The notes beneath the pieces are model-generated. The model saw only the letters and a list, made by a program, of their open reading frames with translations. It was not told the DNA's origin and made no database searches. From the sequence record DRR723986_9628: a stretch of DNA of 20,000 nucleotides; one strand, written 5' to 3'. Positions 1-9,220 of this stretch are shown here, in pieces. Made by a program: the position numbers and the translations under genes. Every line of letters starts with the position of its first letter. Position 1 is the first letter of the stretch.

Positions 1-2
1 TT

Positions 3-524
3 TCAAAAGGGTTTGATTTGAGCGAGGTAATTACTGAAGTAGAAGACGGGAAACTTGAGATTGAGCTCAAAGACGATGATGATGACAATAGAGACTTTAC
101 AGTTTATGTTACCATCAAGAAACTAGAAAGTTTGGGATTGGCTGGCTCAGGAAATATCATGGTTCGATCTGATGTGTATTCTAAAGAATTCGGAATAGGC
201 CAAGCAGGTTCTGGAACGATATCATTGGAATTTCTTGAAACTGACGATTTAAATATAGGTATGAGTGGGTCAGGTACTGTTTCCATTGCAAGTGGAAAAG
301 CCGGTGATGTGAATATAGGCCAGGTAGGTTCTGGGGATTTCAAAGGTATTGACCTGATGGCCGGTGATGTGAAAATAGGCAAAACAGGTTCTGGAGATGT
401 ACATATAGGTGTAGATGGAGATCTTACTGTAGGTTCTATCGGTTCAGGAAATGTGTATTACCGCGGAAATCCCACGGATATTAGCAAGGGTAACTTAGGC
501 TCTACAAAGGTGATTAAGAAGTAA
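3..524 (+). CDS. DUF2807 / head GIN domain (auto-transporter adhesin-like beta-repeat) protein, 5'-truncated by the window edge
   Basis: Repeated GSG-x-I/V beta-strand motifs (LAGSGNI, QAGSGTI, MSGSGTV, VGSGDF, TGSGDV, IGSGNVYYRGNP). The frame is open from position 3 (SKGFDLSEVITEVEDG), which aligns with AKGVDLSKVKTEIDGD of the paralog at 3322, so the TTG at 18 is not the true start. Confidence 0.8.
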   Translation, partial: SKGFDLSEVITEVEDGKLEIELKDDDDDNRDFTVYVTIKKLESLGLAGSGNIMVRSDVYSKEFGIGQAGSGTISLEFLETDDLNIGMSGSGTVSIASGKAGDVNIGQVGSGDFKGIDLMAGDVKIGKTGSGDVHIGVDGDLTVGSIGSGNVYYRGNPTDISKGNLGSTKVIKK

Positions 525-595
525 GCAGAAAAAAGTCGCAAGTAAAGAGGATCAAGTATCTAGAAATAAGAGTCTAGAGCCAAGAATCAAGAGTA
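519..595 (+). repeat. Degenerate 7-nt tandem array (NAG-NNNN), 11 units, overlapping the stop codon
   Basis: aagtaag cagaaaa aagtcgc aagtaaa gaggatc aagtatc tagaaat aagagtc tagagcc aagaatc aagagta. AG is invariant at unit positions 2-3. Confidence 0.85.
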
Positions 596-666
596 GATAC
601 GGAAGACTTTTCAAATTAACTACTGGTCCTGATACGGATCTTACAATTTTCCAATCACGTACAATC

Positions 667-3093
667 ATGCTAAAAAACTACTTTAAAATACTCCTCAGAA
701 ACACTCGAAAAAACCCACTTTACATGTTTATCAATGTGTTCGGTTTGGCTGTAGGAATGGCTGTGAGTATTTTGATTTTTTTGTTTGTTCAGCATGAATT
801 GAGTTATGATAGATACCATGCAAATGCTGATCGGATCTTTAGAGTTTCGAGAGCTTGGTTCAATCCAGATGGAGAATTTAGTTTGCATCTTGGACATGCA
901 GCTCCGCCATTTGGTCCTTTGATCCAAGCTGACTATGGTGATGAAGTAGCGGCAGTGGGTAGATTTTTTCACTATGATCCTCTGGTAAAATATGAAGACA
1001 AGGCCTTCGAAGAGGATAATTTCTTTTTCGCAGATCCTGAAGTGTTTGATATTTTTTCTTTTAACATCTTAGAAGGAGATGCTAAGGAGGCGCTTACCAA
1101 TTCAGATGGCCTAGTGATCACGGAGTCTATGTCCAAAAAGTACTTTGGAGAAGAAAATCCTATTGGTAAAAATCTGATACTAAATTTGGAAGGGCAGGAA
1201 GCTGTTTTTCAAATAAGAGCCTTGATGCAGGACATGCCCGATAACTCACACTTTCATACTGATTTCATAGCATCTATGGCTCCCGTGGAGGCTTTCTATG
1301 GAGGTCAGGATGCTTTCATGAGTAACTTCGGCAGTAATAATTTCTCTACTTATTTACTTTTATATGAAGGTGTCAATCACAAATCCTTAGAAGCTAAACT
1401 CCCAAACTTGGTAGATAAATACATGGGGGAGTCCCAATCTGGAGTACCGATGTCTAAAGGAACAAAGCTATTCCTGTGGCCTCTGAAGGATGTTCACCTG
1501 TATTCTAATCTCGACTCGGAGATGGAGCCAAATGGCAACATTGATTATGTCTATATTTATCTAGCAGTTGCACTTTTTATACTCCTTATTGCTTGTATTA
1601 ATTTTATGAATCTGTCCACAGCCCGATCTTCTATGAGATCCATGGAAGTGGGGTTGCGTAAAGTAATGGGGGCAGACAAGAGCCGTTTGATCAGACAATT
1701 CATGGGTGAGTCCTTTATGCTTACCATCATTTCAATGGTTTTTGCCTTGATTTTGGTGTACTTGTTTTTACCTACCTTTTCCAATTTTACAGATAAAGAC
1801 CTCAATTTAAACTTCTTACAAAACCCGGAGTATATTTTGGGAATAGTCGGTTTGGTTATTTTGGTAGGAGTGATTTCCGGAAGCTATCCAGCCTTGTTTC
1901 TTTCAGGTTTTTCCCCTGCCAAAGTGCTTAAGGGAGCTTTCAAAGCTGGAAAAGGTCATGAGCAATTCCGCTCAGTGTTGGTGGTTGGGCAATTTGCTAT
2001 TTCCGTAGTGCTTATCGTAGCAGTACTGGTAGTTGTGCGCCAGCTGGATTTCATGCAAAGCAAGGATCTGGGTTTTGAAAAAGAGGATATAGTGGTACTT
2101 CCTTCAAGTCCTGCAATTCAGCAGAATTATCTTATTTTGAAAGATAGACTAGAGCGTCATGAGGGGATAAAATCGGTGAGTATATCCAGTAGAGTCCCTT
2201 CTGGAAGGCTTTTGGATAACCAAGGCAGCACTGCGGAGATAAATGGAGAAATGACTCAGCTCAATGTCCGGATAGCAGATATACATGTAGCACATAATTT
2301 CTTGGATACCTATGGTATTCCAATAGTAGCTGGGCGGGACTTTAATTTCAATCTGGCGAGTGATTCCACGGAAGCTTTTGTACTCAATGAGGCTGCAATC
2401 AGAGAAATTGGGTGGTCAAGTCCAGAAGAAGCCATAGGTAAGAAATTCTTGTATGGTGACAGACGTGGATTTGTGACTGGCGTTATGAAAAATTTTCATT
2501 TCGAATCTTTACATCAGCCGATTGTACCTATAGTATTTATGATTTCCCAGGATAGAAATAATCAGGTAAGCTTGAAAATAGCTGCTGAGAATCAGGAGCA
2601 AACTATGGCTTACATCAAAGAAGAATGGGCTGCCTTGAGACCTGACTTCCCCTTCGAGCCACTTTATGTAGACGAGGGATTCAACCGGCAATATGAAGCT
2701 GAAGAGCGGGTGAAAACCATTTTCACCTTCTTCTCAGGCTTAGCGGTTTTAATCTCAATTTTAGGTTTGTTAGGACTTACAACTTTTGCTACACAGCAAA
2801 GAACACGGGAGATAGGTATAAGGAAAGTAATGGGAGCTGAGACCGGGAATATTCTGGTTTTACTTGGCAAAGACTTCCTAAAACTTGTAATGATAGGTTT
2901 TCTTATTGCTATTCCCATTTCCTGGTTCGGAATGTCCAGTTGGCTTGAAGACTTTGCTTACGCAATAGGAATTAGCTGGACGGTGTTTTTCTGGGCGGGG
3001 TTGATTGCAGGAGCGATAGCTGCCATTACTGTAATGTCGCAATCATTAAAAGCTGCTTGGGCTGATCCAGTGAAAAGTATAAAAAGTGAGTGA
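667..3093 (+). CDS. ABC transporter permease, MacB/FtsX family (duplicated MacB-PCD + FtsX architecture), 808 aa
   Basis: N-terminal MLKNYFKI; motifs ACINFMNLSTARS..EVGLRKVMGA, KDLGF, ISILGLLGL..QRTREIGIRKVMGA; C-terminal DPVKSIKSE; two hydrophobic TM blocks separated by large soluble domains. Confidence 0.93.
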   Translation: MLKNYFKILLRNTRKNPLYMFINVFGLAVGMAVSILIFLFVQHELSYDRYHANADRIFRVSRAWFNPDGEFSLHLGHAAPPFGPLIQADYGDEVAAVGRFFHYDPLVKYEDKAFEEDNFFFADPEVFDIFSFNILEGDAKEALTNSDGLVITESMSKKYFGEENPIGKNLILNLEGQEAVFQIRALMQDMPDNSHFHTDFIASMAPVEAFYGGQDAFMSNFGSNNFSTYLLLYEGVNHKSLEAKLPNLVDKYMGESQSGVPMSKGTKLFLWPLKDVHLYSNLDSEMEPNGNIDYVYIYLAVALFILLIACINFMNLSTARSSMRSMEVGLRKVMGADKSRLIRQFMGESFMLTIISMVFALILVYLFLPTFSNFTDKDLNLNFLQNPEYILGIVGLVILVGVISGSYPALFLSGFSPAKVLKGAFKAGKGHEQFRSVLVVGQFAISVVLIVAVLVVVRQLDFMQSKDLGFEKEDIVVLPSSPAIQQNYLILKDRLERHEGIKSVSISSRVPSGRLLDNQGSTAEINGEMTQLNVRIADIHVAHNFLDTYGIPIVAGRDFNFNLASDSTEAFVLNEAAIREIGWSSPEEAIGKKFLYGDRRGFVTGVMKNFHFESLHQPIVPIVFMISQDRNNQVSLKIAAENQEQTMAYIKEEWAALRPDFPFEPLYVDEGFNRQYEAEERVKTIFTFFSGLAVLISILGLLGLTTFATQQRTREIGIRKVMGAETGNILVLLGKDFLKLVMIGFLIAIPISWFGMSSWLEDFAYAIGISWTVFFWAGLIAGAIAAITVMSQSLKAAWADPVKSIKSE

Positions 3094-3178
3094 TGAGTAC
3101 TTAGCACTAAGTACAAAGTATCAAGTATCTAGAGTCAAGAGCCAAGAATTAAGATTCAAGATTTTATGATTAAGAGAA
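3088..3178 (+). repeat. Degenerate 7-nt tandem array (NAG-NNNN), 13 units, overlapping the permease stop codon
   Basis: gagtgat gagtact tagcact aagtaca aagtatc aagtatc tagagtc aagagcc aagaatt aagattc aagattt tatgatt aagagaa. Confidence 0.88.
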
Positions 3179-3196
3179 ATGAATAAGATCTGCCCA

Positions 3197-3227
3197 TGCA
3201 ACCTTTTCTGAAGCTAGAGCATCTTAT
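3197..3227 (+). promoter_or_regulatory. Putative ECF sigma-factor promoter
   Basis: TGCAAC-N17-CATCTTAT about 95 nt upstream of the DUF2807 ATG at 3322. This fits the generic ECF AAC-N16/17-CGT/CAT pattern. Confidence 0.45.
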
Positions 3228-3250
3228 AGATGTGAAAAGGAATTTAAAAC

Positions 3251-3312
3251 TTTACCACTTATCACTTTTCAACTACAAATTTTCCAATGTTTCAATTTTC
3301 CAATCTTACAAT
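3251..3312 (+). repeat. Pyrimidine-rich 8-nt degenerate array upstream of start codon
   Basis: tttaccac ... tttccaat gtttcaat tttccaat cttacaat (3281-3312), ending 9 nt before ATG 3322. Confidence 0.75.
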
Positions 3313-3321
3313 ACATTTATC

Positions 3322-4017
3322 ATGAAACTTTACACAAAAATCTTCGCATTTGCTTTGACAGCTTTGGTGATGGTGTCCTGCGTACAGGCACAATCTACAG
3401 AAACTAGAACTCCCGGACATTTCACTAAAGTACATTCTGGCGGTAGCTGGGAGGTAATCCTAACTGAAGGGGATACTGAAGAAGTAAGAATCGAAGCGAA
3501 AGGTGTTGACCTAAGCAAAGTGAAAACTGAGATAGACGGCGATGTGCTCAGCGTAGGCTTGGTGAAAGGAAGTTATAACAACGTCAAATTGAAATTCTTC
3601 ATTACCTATAAAGAACTTGAAGGAATTAAATGCTCTGGATCAGGAAATATAGAAGTGAATTCGCCTGTGATGACGGATTCATTTTACGCAGCACTTTCAG
3701 GTTCAGGAGATATTACGATGAAAAGTCTGGAAGCCAAGAAATTGTCAGTTGGCATTTCTGGTTCTGCTGATCTTCAAATCACAAATGGCTCTGCAGATCA
3801 AGCTGAAATTAAGCAATCTGGTTCGGGCGATTTTGATGCAGAGAAGTTTGCCATTGGTGAATTAGTAGTTGGCAAGTCTGGCTCAGGAGACACCAATGTA
3901 GGTGACTTAGGTAAATTATCAGTGAGCTCTTCAGGTTCAGGAGATGTGACTTATACAGGTTCCCCACAGTTGGGCAACATTAGAACCTCAGGTTCAAGTA
4001 GTATAACGAAAAGATAA
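3322..4017 (+). CDS. DUF2807 / head GIN domain exported protein (possible lipoprotein), 231 aa
   Basis: Signal peptide MKLYTKIFAFALTALVMVSC (Cys may be a lipobox) and repeated SGSG motifs ending in VTYTGSP. The start is moved from 3196 to ATG 3322 because the 42-aa extension only translates the promoter and 8-mer repeats. Confidence 0.85.
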   Translation: MKLYTKIFAFALTALVMVSCVQAQSTETRTPGHFTKVHSGGSWEVILTEGDTEEVRIEAKGVDLSKVKTEIDGDVLSVGLVKGSYNNVKLKFFITYKELEGIKCSGSGNIEVNSPVMTDSFYAALSGSGDITMKSLEAKKLSVGISGSADLQITNGSADQAEIKQSGSGDFDAEKFAIGELVVGKSGSGDTNVGDLGKLSVSSSGSGDVTYTGSPQLGNIRTSGSSSITKR

Positions 4018-4037
4018 TAAGGCCTTGCTCTTATTTC

Positions 4038-4071
4038 AATCCCTCAGGCGAAAGTTTGAGGGATTTTTTTT
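4038..4071 (+). terminator. Intrinsic (Rho-independent) terminator
   Basis: Stem aatccctcaggc / gtttgagggatt (12 bp, 2 G-U pairs), GAAA tetraloop, followed by a T run; 20 nt after the stop at 4017. Confidence 0.85.
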
Positions 4072-4136
4072 GCTGTAGATTTTTACTGCAGGGTACGCAG
4101 AATTTTTCGCAGAGGACTCTATCTTTTCCAACTTTA

Positions 4137-5123
4137 TTACATCAAAAACCCATTTTCTGTTTGATATGGAGCTGGGATATTTTCCTCTTCCAGCATCTCG
4201 AGCAAATCTATTTCTATAGCTCGGCAAATGGATGAAATAGGCACATCGTTGTACCCTCCTTCGAATGGATTCTCAGAGTAATCTCCAATTCTATCCACCA
4301 CGAAGAATGTCCAAATAATAATTGCAGAAAAAGGGATGGTCAGCCAATAATGTAACGCAGTGCTTTGAGCAAAAATATCCAGTAAACCAAAGGGAATCAA
4401 TGCGCAAAAAATATAGGTGATCCATAGACCGGTGGAAGCATATTGTCTGGGGAAAGGAAAGTTTTTGATCCGCTCCGACATGCCCTGGTGGGTGTAGAAA
4501 TTTGCTAGTATCTGATGGATCCAAACTTGTTTATAATCAGAGATAAATCCTCCTTCTTTTAACTTGGCTATTTCCGTGCTTTGGATTTTCAGTAACTGAG
4601 AGGGGATGTTTGACTTGTCCCTGACGGTTTGTAGCTCTTCTTCACAGACGTATTTTTCTATTTCCGCAAAAATTCCGTCGTAGTATTCTTTAATAAATCC
4701 TGGGATGAAAACCAGTTTTTCTACTGGTAAATTATGCTCCCAAGTTTTTTCCTTTCGCATCACATGCTTCAGGGCAAGAAGCCAAGCTAGGTGTCTGTAT
4801 ATAATTTTCTTTTTTTCCTCCTTGGGCAAATCAGGATTTGGTAGACTGAGAATAGCCGTGGCAAAAGTTCTACTTTCATTTACAATGGCTCCCCAGATTT
4901 TTCTTGCTTCCCAAGTTCGGTCGTAGGAACTGTTGTTTTTAAAACCTAAGAAAAAGGCAACAGCAATACCGATTACAGAGATAGGTTGCCAAGGAAGTGA
5001 AAAAGGGATGTTGGTGATTTCATACAGGACGATGATGACAGTCGAGTAGAGCAGACCATAAATTAGGGAAAGTTTGGACCAGCGAATGGTCATCCAAAAA
5101 CTGTAATACCGTTTTACGTACAT
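4137..5123 (-). CDS. Bestrophin-family ion channel (YneE-like)
   Basis: Motifs FKNNSSYDRTWEARKIWG, ERIKNFPFP and ENPF..NDVP; four TM segments. ATG at 5123 (MYVKRYY) is preferred over TTG at 5141. Confidence 0.87.
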   Translation of the reverse strand: MYVKRYYSFWMTIRWSKLSLIYGLLYSTVIIVLYEITNIPFSLPWQPISVIGIAVAFFLGFKNNSSYDRTWEARKIWGAIVNESRTFATAILSLPNPDLPKEEKKKIIYRHLAWLLALKHVMRKEKTWEHNLPVEKLVFIPGFIKEYYDGIFAEIEKYVCEEELQTVRDKSNIPSQLLKIQSTEIAKLKEGGFISDYKQVWIHQILANFYTHQGMSERIKNFPFPRQYASTGLWITYIFCALIPFGLLDIFAQSTALHYWLTIPFSAIIIWTFFVVDRIGDYSENPFEGGYNDVPISSICRAIEIDLLEMLEEENIPAPYQTENGFLM

Positions 5124-5396
5124 AAAAATATTTTTTTGCAATTAAACTACATAAAAATGTCAAAAATCCATTAGTAATAAGCGTATTACTGTGCCAAAAA
5201 TTACAAAAGGGTGAAAGGAATACTTATAATTTTAATTCTTGAGAATTGTACTTTGGAAAAGGTAAATAGGCGTTGGTGTTGGTATGAAATTAAGTTTATC
5301 AAACATGAACTAATCCTCTTATTTCAGCGTCAATCCTATAACGAGTTTTATACATTCAGGCTATTTACCTAGACTGAATTTAACCAACTAGTGTGC

Positions 5397-6728
5397 ATGG
5401 AAGATCTTTTTGCTGCCCGCTCCCAGATGGCTCTTTCTCTGGGATTCCATATTATTTTCGCCTGTATTGGTATGGTGATGCCTTTTTTTATGGCGACGTC
5501 CCATTACAAGTATTTGAAAACCAATAATCCACTTTACAAAGACCTGACTAAAGCCTGGAGTAAAGGTGTCGCCATATTCTTTGTAACCGGGGCTGTTTCG
5601 GGTACCATGCTTTCCTTTGAGTTAGGATTGCTTTGGCCGGAGTTTATGCTACATGCCGGACCAATTTTTGGGATGCCATTTTCGTTGGAAGGAACGGCTT
5701 TCTTTATAGAGGCAATTGCATTAGGATTCTTTCTTTACGGTTGGGGTAAATTCAAACCTTGGTTTCACTGGTTTACTGGCGTAGTGGTGGGAATCAGTGG
5801 CTTAGCATCTGGGATCTTAGTTGTAGCAGCCAATGGCTGGATGAATAGCCCAAGTGGTTTTGACTACGTAGACGGTAAATTTCTCAATATAGATCCTATC
5901 GCTGCTATGTTCAATGATGCCTGGTTTACACAAGCATTACACATGACTTTAGCGGCATTTACGGCTACTGGTTTTGCGGTTGCAGGAATCCATGCCTTTA
6001 TGATGTTGAGGGGGAAAAACATCCAATTTCATAGCAAAGCATTTACCATTGCCATTGTATTTGGGGCAGTGGCAGCATTACTTCAGCCTATTTCAGGTGA
6101 TATTTCTGCAAAAGATATTGCAGTGCGTCAACCTGCAAAATTGGCTGCAATGGAAGCGCACTTTGAAACTAGCAAAGCTGCCCCTCTGATCATTGGGGGA
6201 ATTCCCGATGAAGAAGCGAAGGAGGTAAACTATGCGATTAAAATTCCGGGAGCTTTGAGTTTCCTAGCTCATGGGGATTTTGATGCTGAGGTGATAGGTT
6301 TGGATCAGTTCCCGGAGGAGCATCATCCGCCAGTTGCTGTGGTTCATTATGCTTTCCAAATCATGGTTGGGCTGGGGATGGTTTTGGTCGGCCTGAGTTT
6401 GCTGTATTTTATTTCCCTTTGGAAAAAGAAAAACTGGCAAATTCAACGATGGTTTTTATGGCTTTTTGTATTGGCTACGCCACTTGGATTTATTGCATTG
6501 GAAGCTGGCTGGACAGTCACCGAAGTGGGACGTCAACCTTGGATTATCTATGAGATTATGCTGACAAAAGATGCTGTGACGCCAATTCCTGGTATTAAGT
6601 ATTCATTTTTCATATTTACAGCCATTTATGTATCACTTGCTGCAATCGTTTCATTTTTGCTGTATAGACAGATTAAGGCTTTAGATGAAAACTTGACTAA
6701 AGACGCTCAAACCTCAGGCAACTCTTAA
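5397..6728 (+). CDS. cydA: Cytochrome bd ubiquinol/menaquinol oxidase subunit I
   Basis: GFHIIF (His19 equivalent), ALHM (His186 eq.), QPAKLAAME (Q-loop K/E), FQIMVG (Met393 eq.), GWTVTEVGRQPW signature; ATG at 5397. Confidence 0.95.
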   Translation: MEDLFAARSQMALSLGFHIIFACIGMVMPFFMATSHYKYLKTNNPLYKDLTKAWSKGVAIFFVTGAVSGTMLSFELGLLWPEFMLHAGPIFGMPFSLEGTAFFIEAIALGFFLYGWGKFKPWFHWFTGVVVGISGLASGILVVAANGWMNSPSGFDYVDGKFLNIDPIAAMFNDAWFTQALHMTLAAFTATGFAVAGIHAFMMLRGKNIQFHSKAFTIAIVFGAVAALLQPISGDISAKDIAVRQPAKLAAMEAHFETSKAAPLIIGGIPDEEAKEVNYAIKIPGALSFLAHGDFDAEVIGLDQFPEEHHPPVAVVHYAFQIMVGLGMVLVGLSLLYFISLWKKKNWQIQRWFLWLFVLATPLGFIALEAGWTVTEVGRQPWIIYEIMLTKDAVTPIPGIKYSFFIFTAIYVSLAAIVSFLLYRQIKALDENLTKDAQTSGNS

Positions 6729-6738
6729 ATCTACTCTT

Positions 6739-7764
6739 ATGCTCTACGTAGTTATTATTTTTCTTTGCCTTTCGCTATTGATGTACGTGTTGCTGGGAGG
6801 TGCTGATTTTGGAGCTGGTATTGTGGAATTAGTTACTCCTTCCTCGATGCGTGAACAGCTTCGAAACACGACATACAAGACTATTGGTCCAATCTGGGAG
6901 GCAAATCACATGTGGCTGATTATAGCCATCGTGATTTTATTTGTGGGATTTCCTCCGATTTACACCGTTCTTTCTGTTCATCTCCATATTCCTTTGGCAC
7001 TTATGCTTATTGGGATTATAGGAAGGGGGACAGCATTTGTTTTCAGGCATTATGACGCGTATCAGGACGATATGCAGAAAGTGTATAATCTCATTTTCAC
7101 CTATTCTAGTTTTATCACGCCCCTTTTTCTAGGGCTTATCTTCGGAGCGGCGATAGGAGGGGAGATAGATACGGAAGCCAGTGGGTTTTATGAAGCCTAT
7201 ATTCATCCTTGGTTTAACTTTTTCAGTATTTCAGTGGGGATTTTCACCGTTGCTATTTGCGGGTTTTTGGCTTCGCTTTTTTTAGTAGGCGAGGCTAAAA
7301 GTGCTGATGTTAGACTGGTGGTGGTAAAAAAAGCTAAGTTATTTATAGTATTCACCGTGCTGGCAGGCGGCCTTGTTTTTGCTGCCTCCATTGTGGATGC
7401 AGTTCCTCTTGTAGGGTTGCTATTGAAGGAGTGGATTACAATTGCTGTTTTGCTGTTGGCTACTTTGGCTATTGTAGTTCTTTGGTTAAAGTTGGAAAGA
7501 GGGAGTAAGGCCTTAATTCGATTTTTAAGTGGTTTTATTGTTAGTGCTATCCTTTTGGCTTTTGGTTATCACTATTTTCCTGATATCATTATCACCAAAT
7601 CAGTAGAGAACCTTTCTGTCTTTAATTCCGCTGCTATTGGCAAACCTATAGACACCTTGGCTTGGGCCCTGATGATTGGAAGTGTTTTTATACTGCCTTC
7701 CCTTTTTTACCTATTGTATAGCTTTCAGGGAAGTAAGGAGGGGGAAGAGACTTTTGAATCGTAA
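6739..7764 (+). CDS. cydB: Cytochrome bd oxidase subunit II
   Basis: GGADFGAG and PIWEANHMWLI motifs, about 9 TM segments, 10 nt downstream of cydA. Confidence 0.93.
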   Translation: MLYVVIIFLCLSLLMYVLLGGADFGAGIVELVTPSSMREQLRNTTYKTIGPIWEANHMWLIIAIVILFVGFPPIYTVLSVHLHIPLALMLIGIIGRGTAFVFRHYDAYQDDMQKVYNLIFTYSSFITPLFLGLIFGAAIGGEIDTEASGFYEAYIHPWFNFFSISVGIFTVAICGFLASLFLVGEAKSADVRLVVVKKAKLFIVFTVLAGGLVFAASIVDAVPLVGLLLKEWITIAVLLLATLAIVVLWLKLERGSKALIRFLSGFIVSAILLAFGYHYFPDIIITKSVENLSVFNSAAIGKPIDTLAWALMIGSVFILPSLFYLLYSFQGSKEGEETFES

Positions 7765-7881
7765 GCAGTAAGTATCAAGACATAAGAAGGAAGAGCCTAG
7801 AACCAAGAGTCTAGAACCAAAAGTCAAGGAGCTAGAATTAGAAGTAAAGGCAAAAGAAATAAGCCTTTAGGCTAAAGAGAC
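7763..7881 (+). repeat. Degenerate 7-nt tandem array (NAG-NNNN), 17 units in phase, starting in the cydB stop codon
   Basis: aagcagt aagtatc aagacat aagaagg aagagcc tagaacc aagagtc tagaacc aaaagtc aaggagc tagaatt agaagta aaggcaa aagaaat aagcctt taggcta aagagac. Confidence 0.88.
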
Positions 7882-7949
7882 TTCACCACGAATCAACTTT
7901 ATTCTCTCTCCGCTATACATCCTTTCCACTTTTAAACTATACTGGACTT

Positions 7950-8051
7950 TGCCCACTAGCGGACAATACTGTCCGAGAAGTATATGCTTTAAATCTAAAA
8001 ATGCCATTTCAAGCGGAGATTCGCAGTTTTTTTCATGGCATACAAATGGGA
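7950..8051 (+). promoter_or_regulatory. Putative sigma54-type promoter with upstream palindromic activator site (copy A)
   Basis: CGGACA-ATAC-TGTCCG perfect palindrome (7960-7975). TGGCATACAAATGG (8036-8049) starts 76 nt after it. The same module and spacing recur at 14877/14953. Confidence 0.6.
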
Positions 8052-8093
8052 ATATGAGGCCTGCAATCAACTCTGAATTTTATTTCCTTATCC

Positions 8094-9026
8094 ATGAAAC
8101 TCTTAAAATTCTTCCCGGCATTGTTGTTTTTAGTCCTAGTGACTTTGCAATTCTCAGCTTTTGCATCTGACTTCAAAGCAGATCCCTATCTCACCAAACA
8201 ATTCACTTTGAATGGTTCTGGAAATCTCAAAGTAGAAACTTCCGGGGCTTCAGTGGCAGTCACTGGCGCAAGTGGAAATAAGGTAATCGTGGATATGTAT
8301 GTGAAGTTGAATGGGAAAGAAGTCGAAATGGAAGATGCTGAGGTAGAGAATGAACTAGACAACTATATTCTGGATATCAGCCAAAGTGGAAATACTATTT
8401 CCGTGATCCTCAAAAAGCGAAACAACAGCGGTAGAAGCAAATTGAATATCTCTTTTAAAGTCCAGGTGCCTACAGAAATATCTTCTAAATTCCTGTCTAG
8501 CGGTGGATCAATTGCTGTAGATGGCTTGAACGGACAGCAGGAAATAGCTACAAGTGGAGGAAGTATCCAAGTAGTAAATAGCAGTGGTTATATAAATACT
8601 CGTAGTTCAGGAGGCTCACTCAGAGTGGAAAATTTTGAAGGAAATGTGGATGTTCAGAGCTCCGGAGGATCCGTAAAAGTAAAGCAGCTGATTGGGGACT
8701 TGAACGCAAATACTTCTGGTGGCAGTATAAATCTGGAAGCTATTAGTGGGAGTATAGAAGCTAGCTCAAGTGGTGGCTCTATCAAAGCGCAGCTTACAAA
8801 TATTGAGAAAGAACTTACCATGAAATCTAGCGGTGGGAGTATTACGGCAATAGTTCCTGATGGCTTGGGTTTAAACCTTGATCTCAGTGGAGGAAGAGTC
8901 AATTCAAAGCTTTCCAATTTCAGTGGAGAGGTTAAAAAGGACAGGATTCTAGGAAAAATAAATGGGGGAGGAGTTCCTGTGACTATGCAGAGCTCAGGCG
9001 GAAGTATCAATCTGGAGTTTAATTGA
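8094..9026 (+). CDS. DUF4097-family exported beta-strand repeat protein, 310 aa
   Basis: Signal peptide ending in SAFA; many (S/T)SGGS(I/L/V) repeats, mostly at about 19-aa spacing; C-terminal INGGG..V...SSGGSI. Confidence 0.8.
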   Translation: MKLLKFFPALLFLVLVTLQFSAFASDFKADPYLTKQFTLNGSGNLKVETSGASVAVTGASGNKVIVDMYVKLNGKEVEMEDAEVENELDNYILDISQSGNTISVILKKRNNSGRSKLNISFKVQVPTEISSKFLSSGGSIAVDGLNGQQEIATSGGSIQVVNSSGYINTRSSGGSLRVENFEGNVDVQSSGGSVKVKQLIGDLNANTSGGSINLEAISGSIEASSSGGSIKAQLTNIEKELTMKSSGGSITAIVPDGLGLNLDLSGGRVNSKLSNFSGEVKKDRILGKINGGGVPVTMQSSGGSINLEFN

Positions 9027-9032
9027 GATTGA

Positions 9033-9107
9033 GAGACATAAGTATCAAGAGTCTAGAACCAAGAGCTAAGAAAGGAAGTGGGATGTAAGACTTTGGACAT
9101 TAGAATA
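9033..9107 (+). repeat. Degenerate 7-nt tandem array (NAG-NNNN) after the DUF4097 stop
   Basis: gagacat aagtatc aagagtc tagaacc aagagct aagaaag, then after a phase slip aagactt tggacat tagaata. Confidence 0.8.
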
Positions 9108-9124
9108 GGGGCAACACTGAAAAC

Positions 9125-9220
9125 CTTACAAGCATGAAACCTTACCACATTACAACTTTCCAACTTTCTGAACCCGAAATCTTCCAGTTTTAAAATATTC
9201 CAATCTTTCAATCCTGAAAA
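9125..9220 (+). repeat. Pyrimidine-rich 8-nt degenerate array, 12 units, abutting ATG 9221
   Basis: cttacaag catgaaac cttaccac attacaac tttccaac tttctgaa cccgaaat cttccagt tttaaaat attccaat ctttcaat cctgaaaa | ATG. Confidence 0.8.

Noticed and set aside
3097-3114. GTACTTAG-CA-CTAAGTAC inverted repeat as a terminator or operator
   Set aside because: AT-rich, no U tail, and explained as part of the heptamer register.
3196-3321. 42-aa N-terminal extension of the DUF2807 ORF
   Set aside because: It translates the promoter and octamer array; the signal peptide starts at ATG 3322.
5181-5197. Minus-strand TTGGCACAGTAATACGC upstream of the bestrophin gene as a third sigma54 site
   Set aside because: The -24 match is good, but the GC is one base off the GG-N10-GC spacing and there is no CGGACA palindrome at the 76-nt position.
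7867-8170. Small ORFs 7867-8070 (-) and 7949-8170 (+) as cydX-like or regulatory peptides
   Set aside because: No single-TM CydX-like sequence; they overlap the promoter module or the DUF4097 start.
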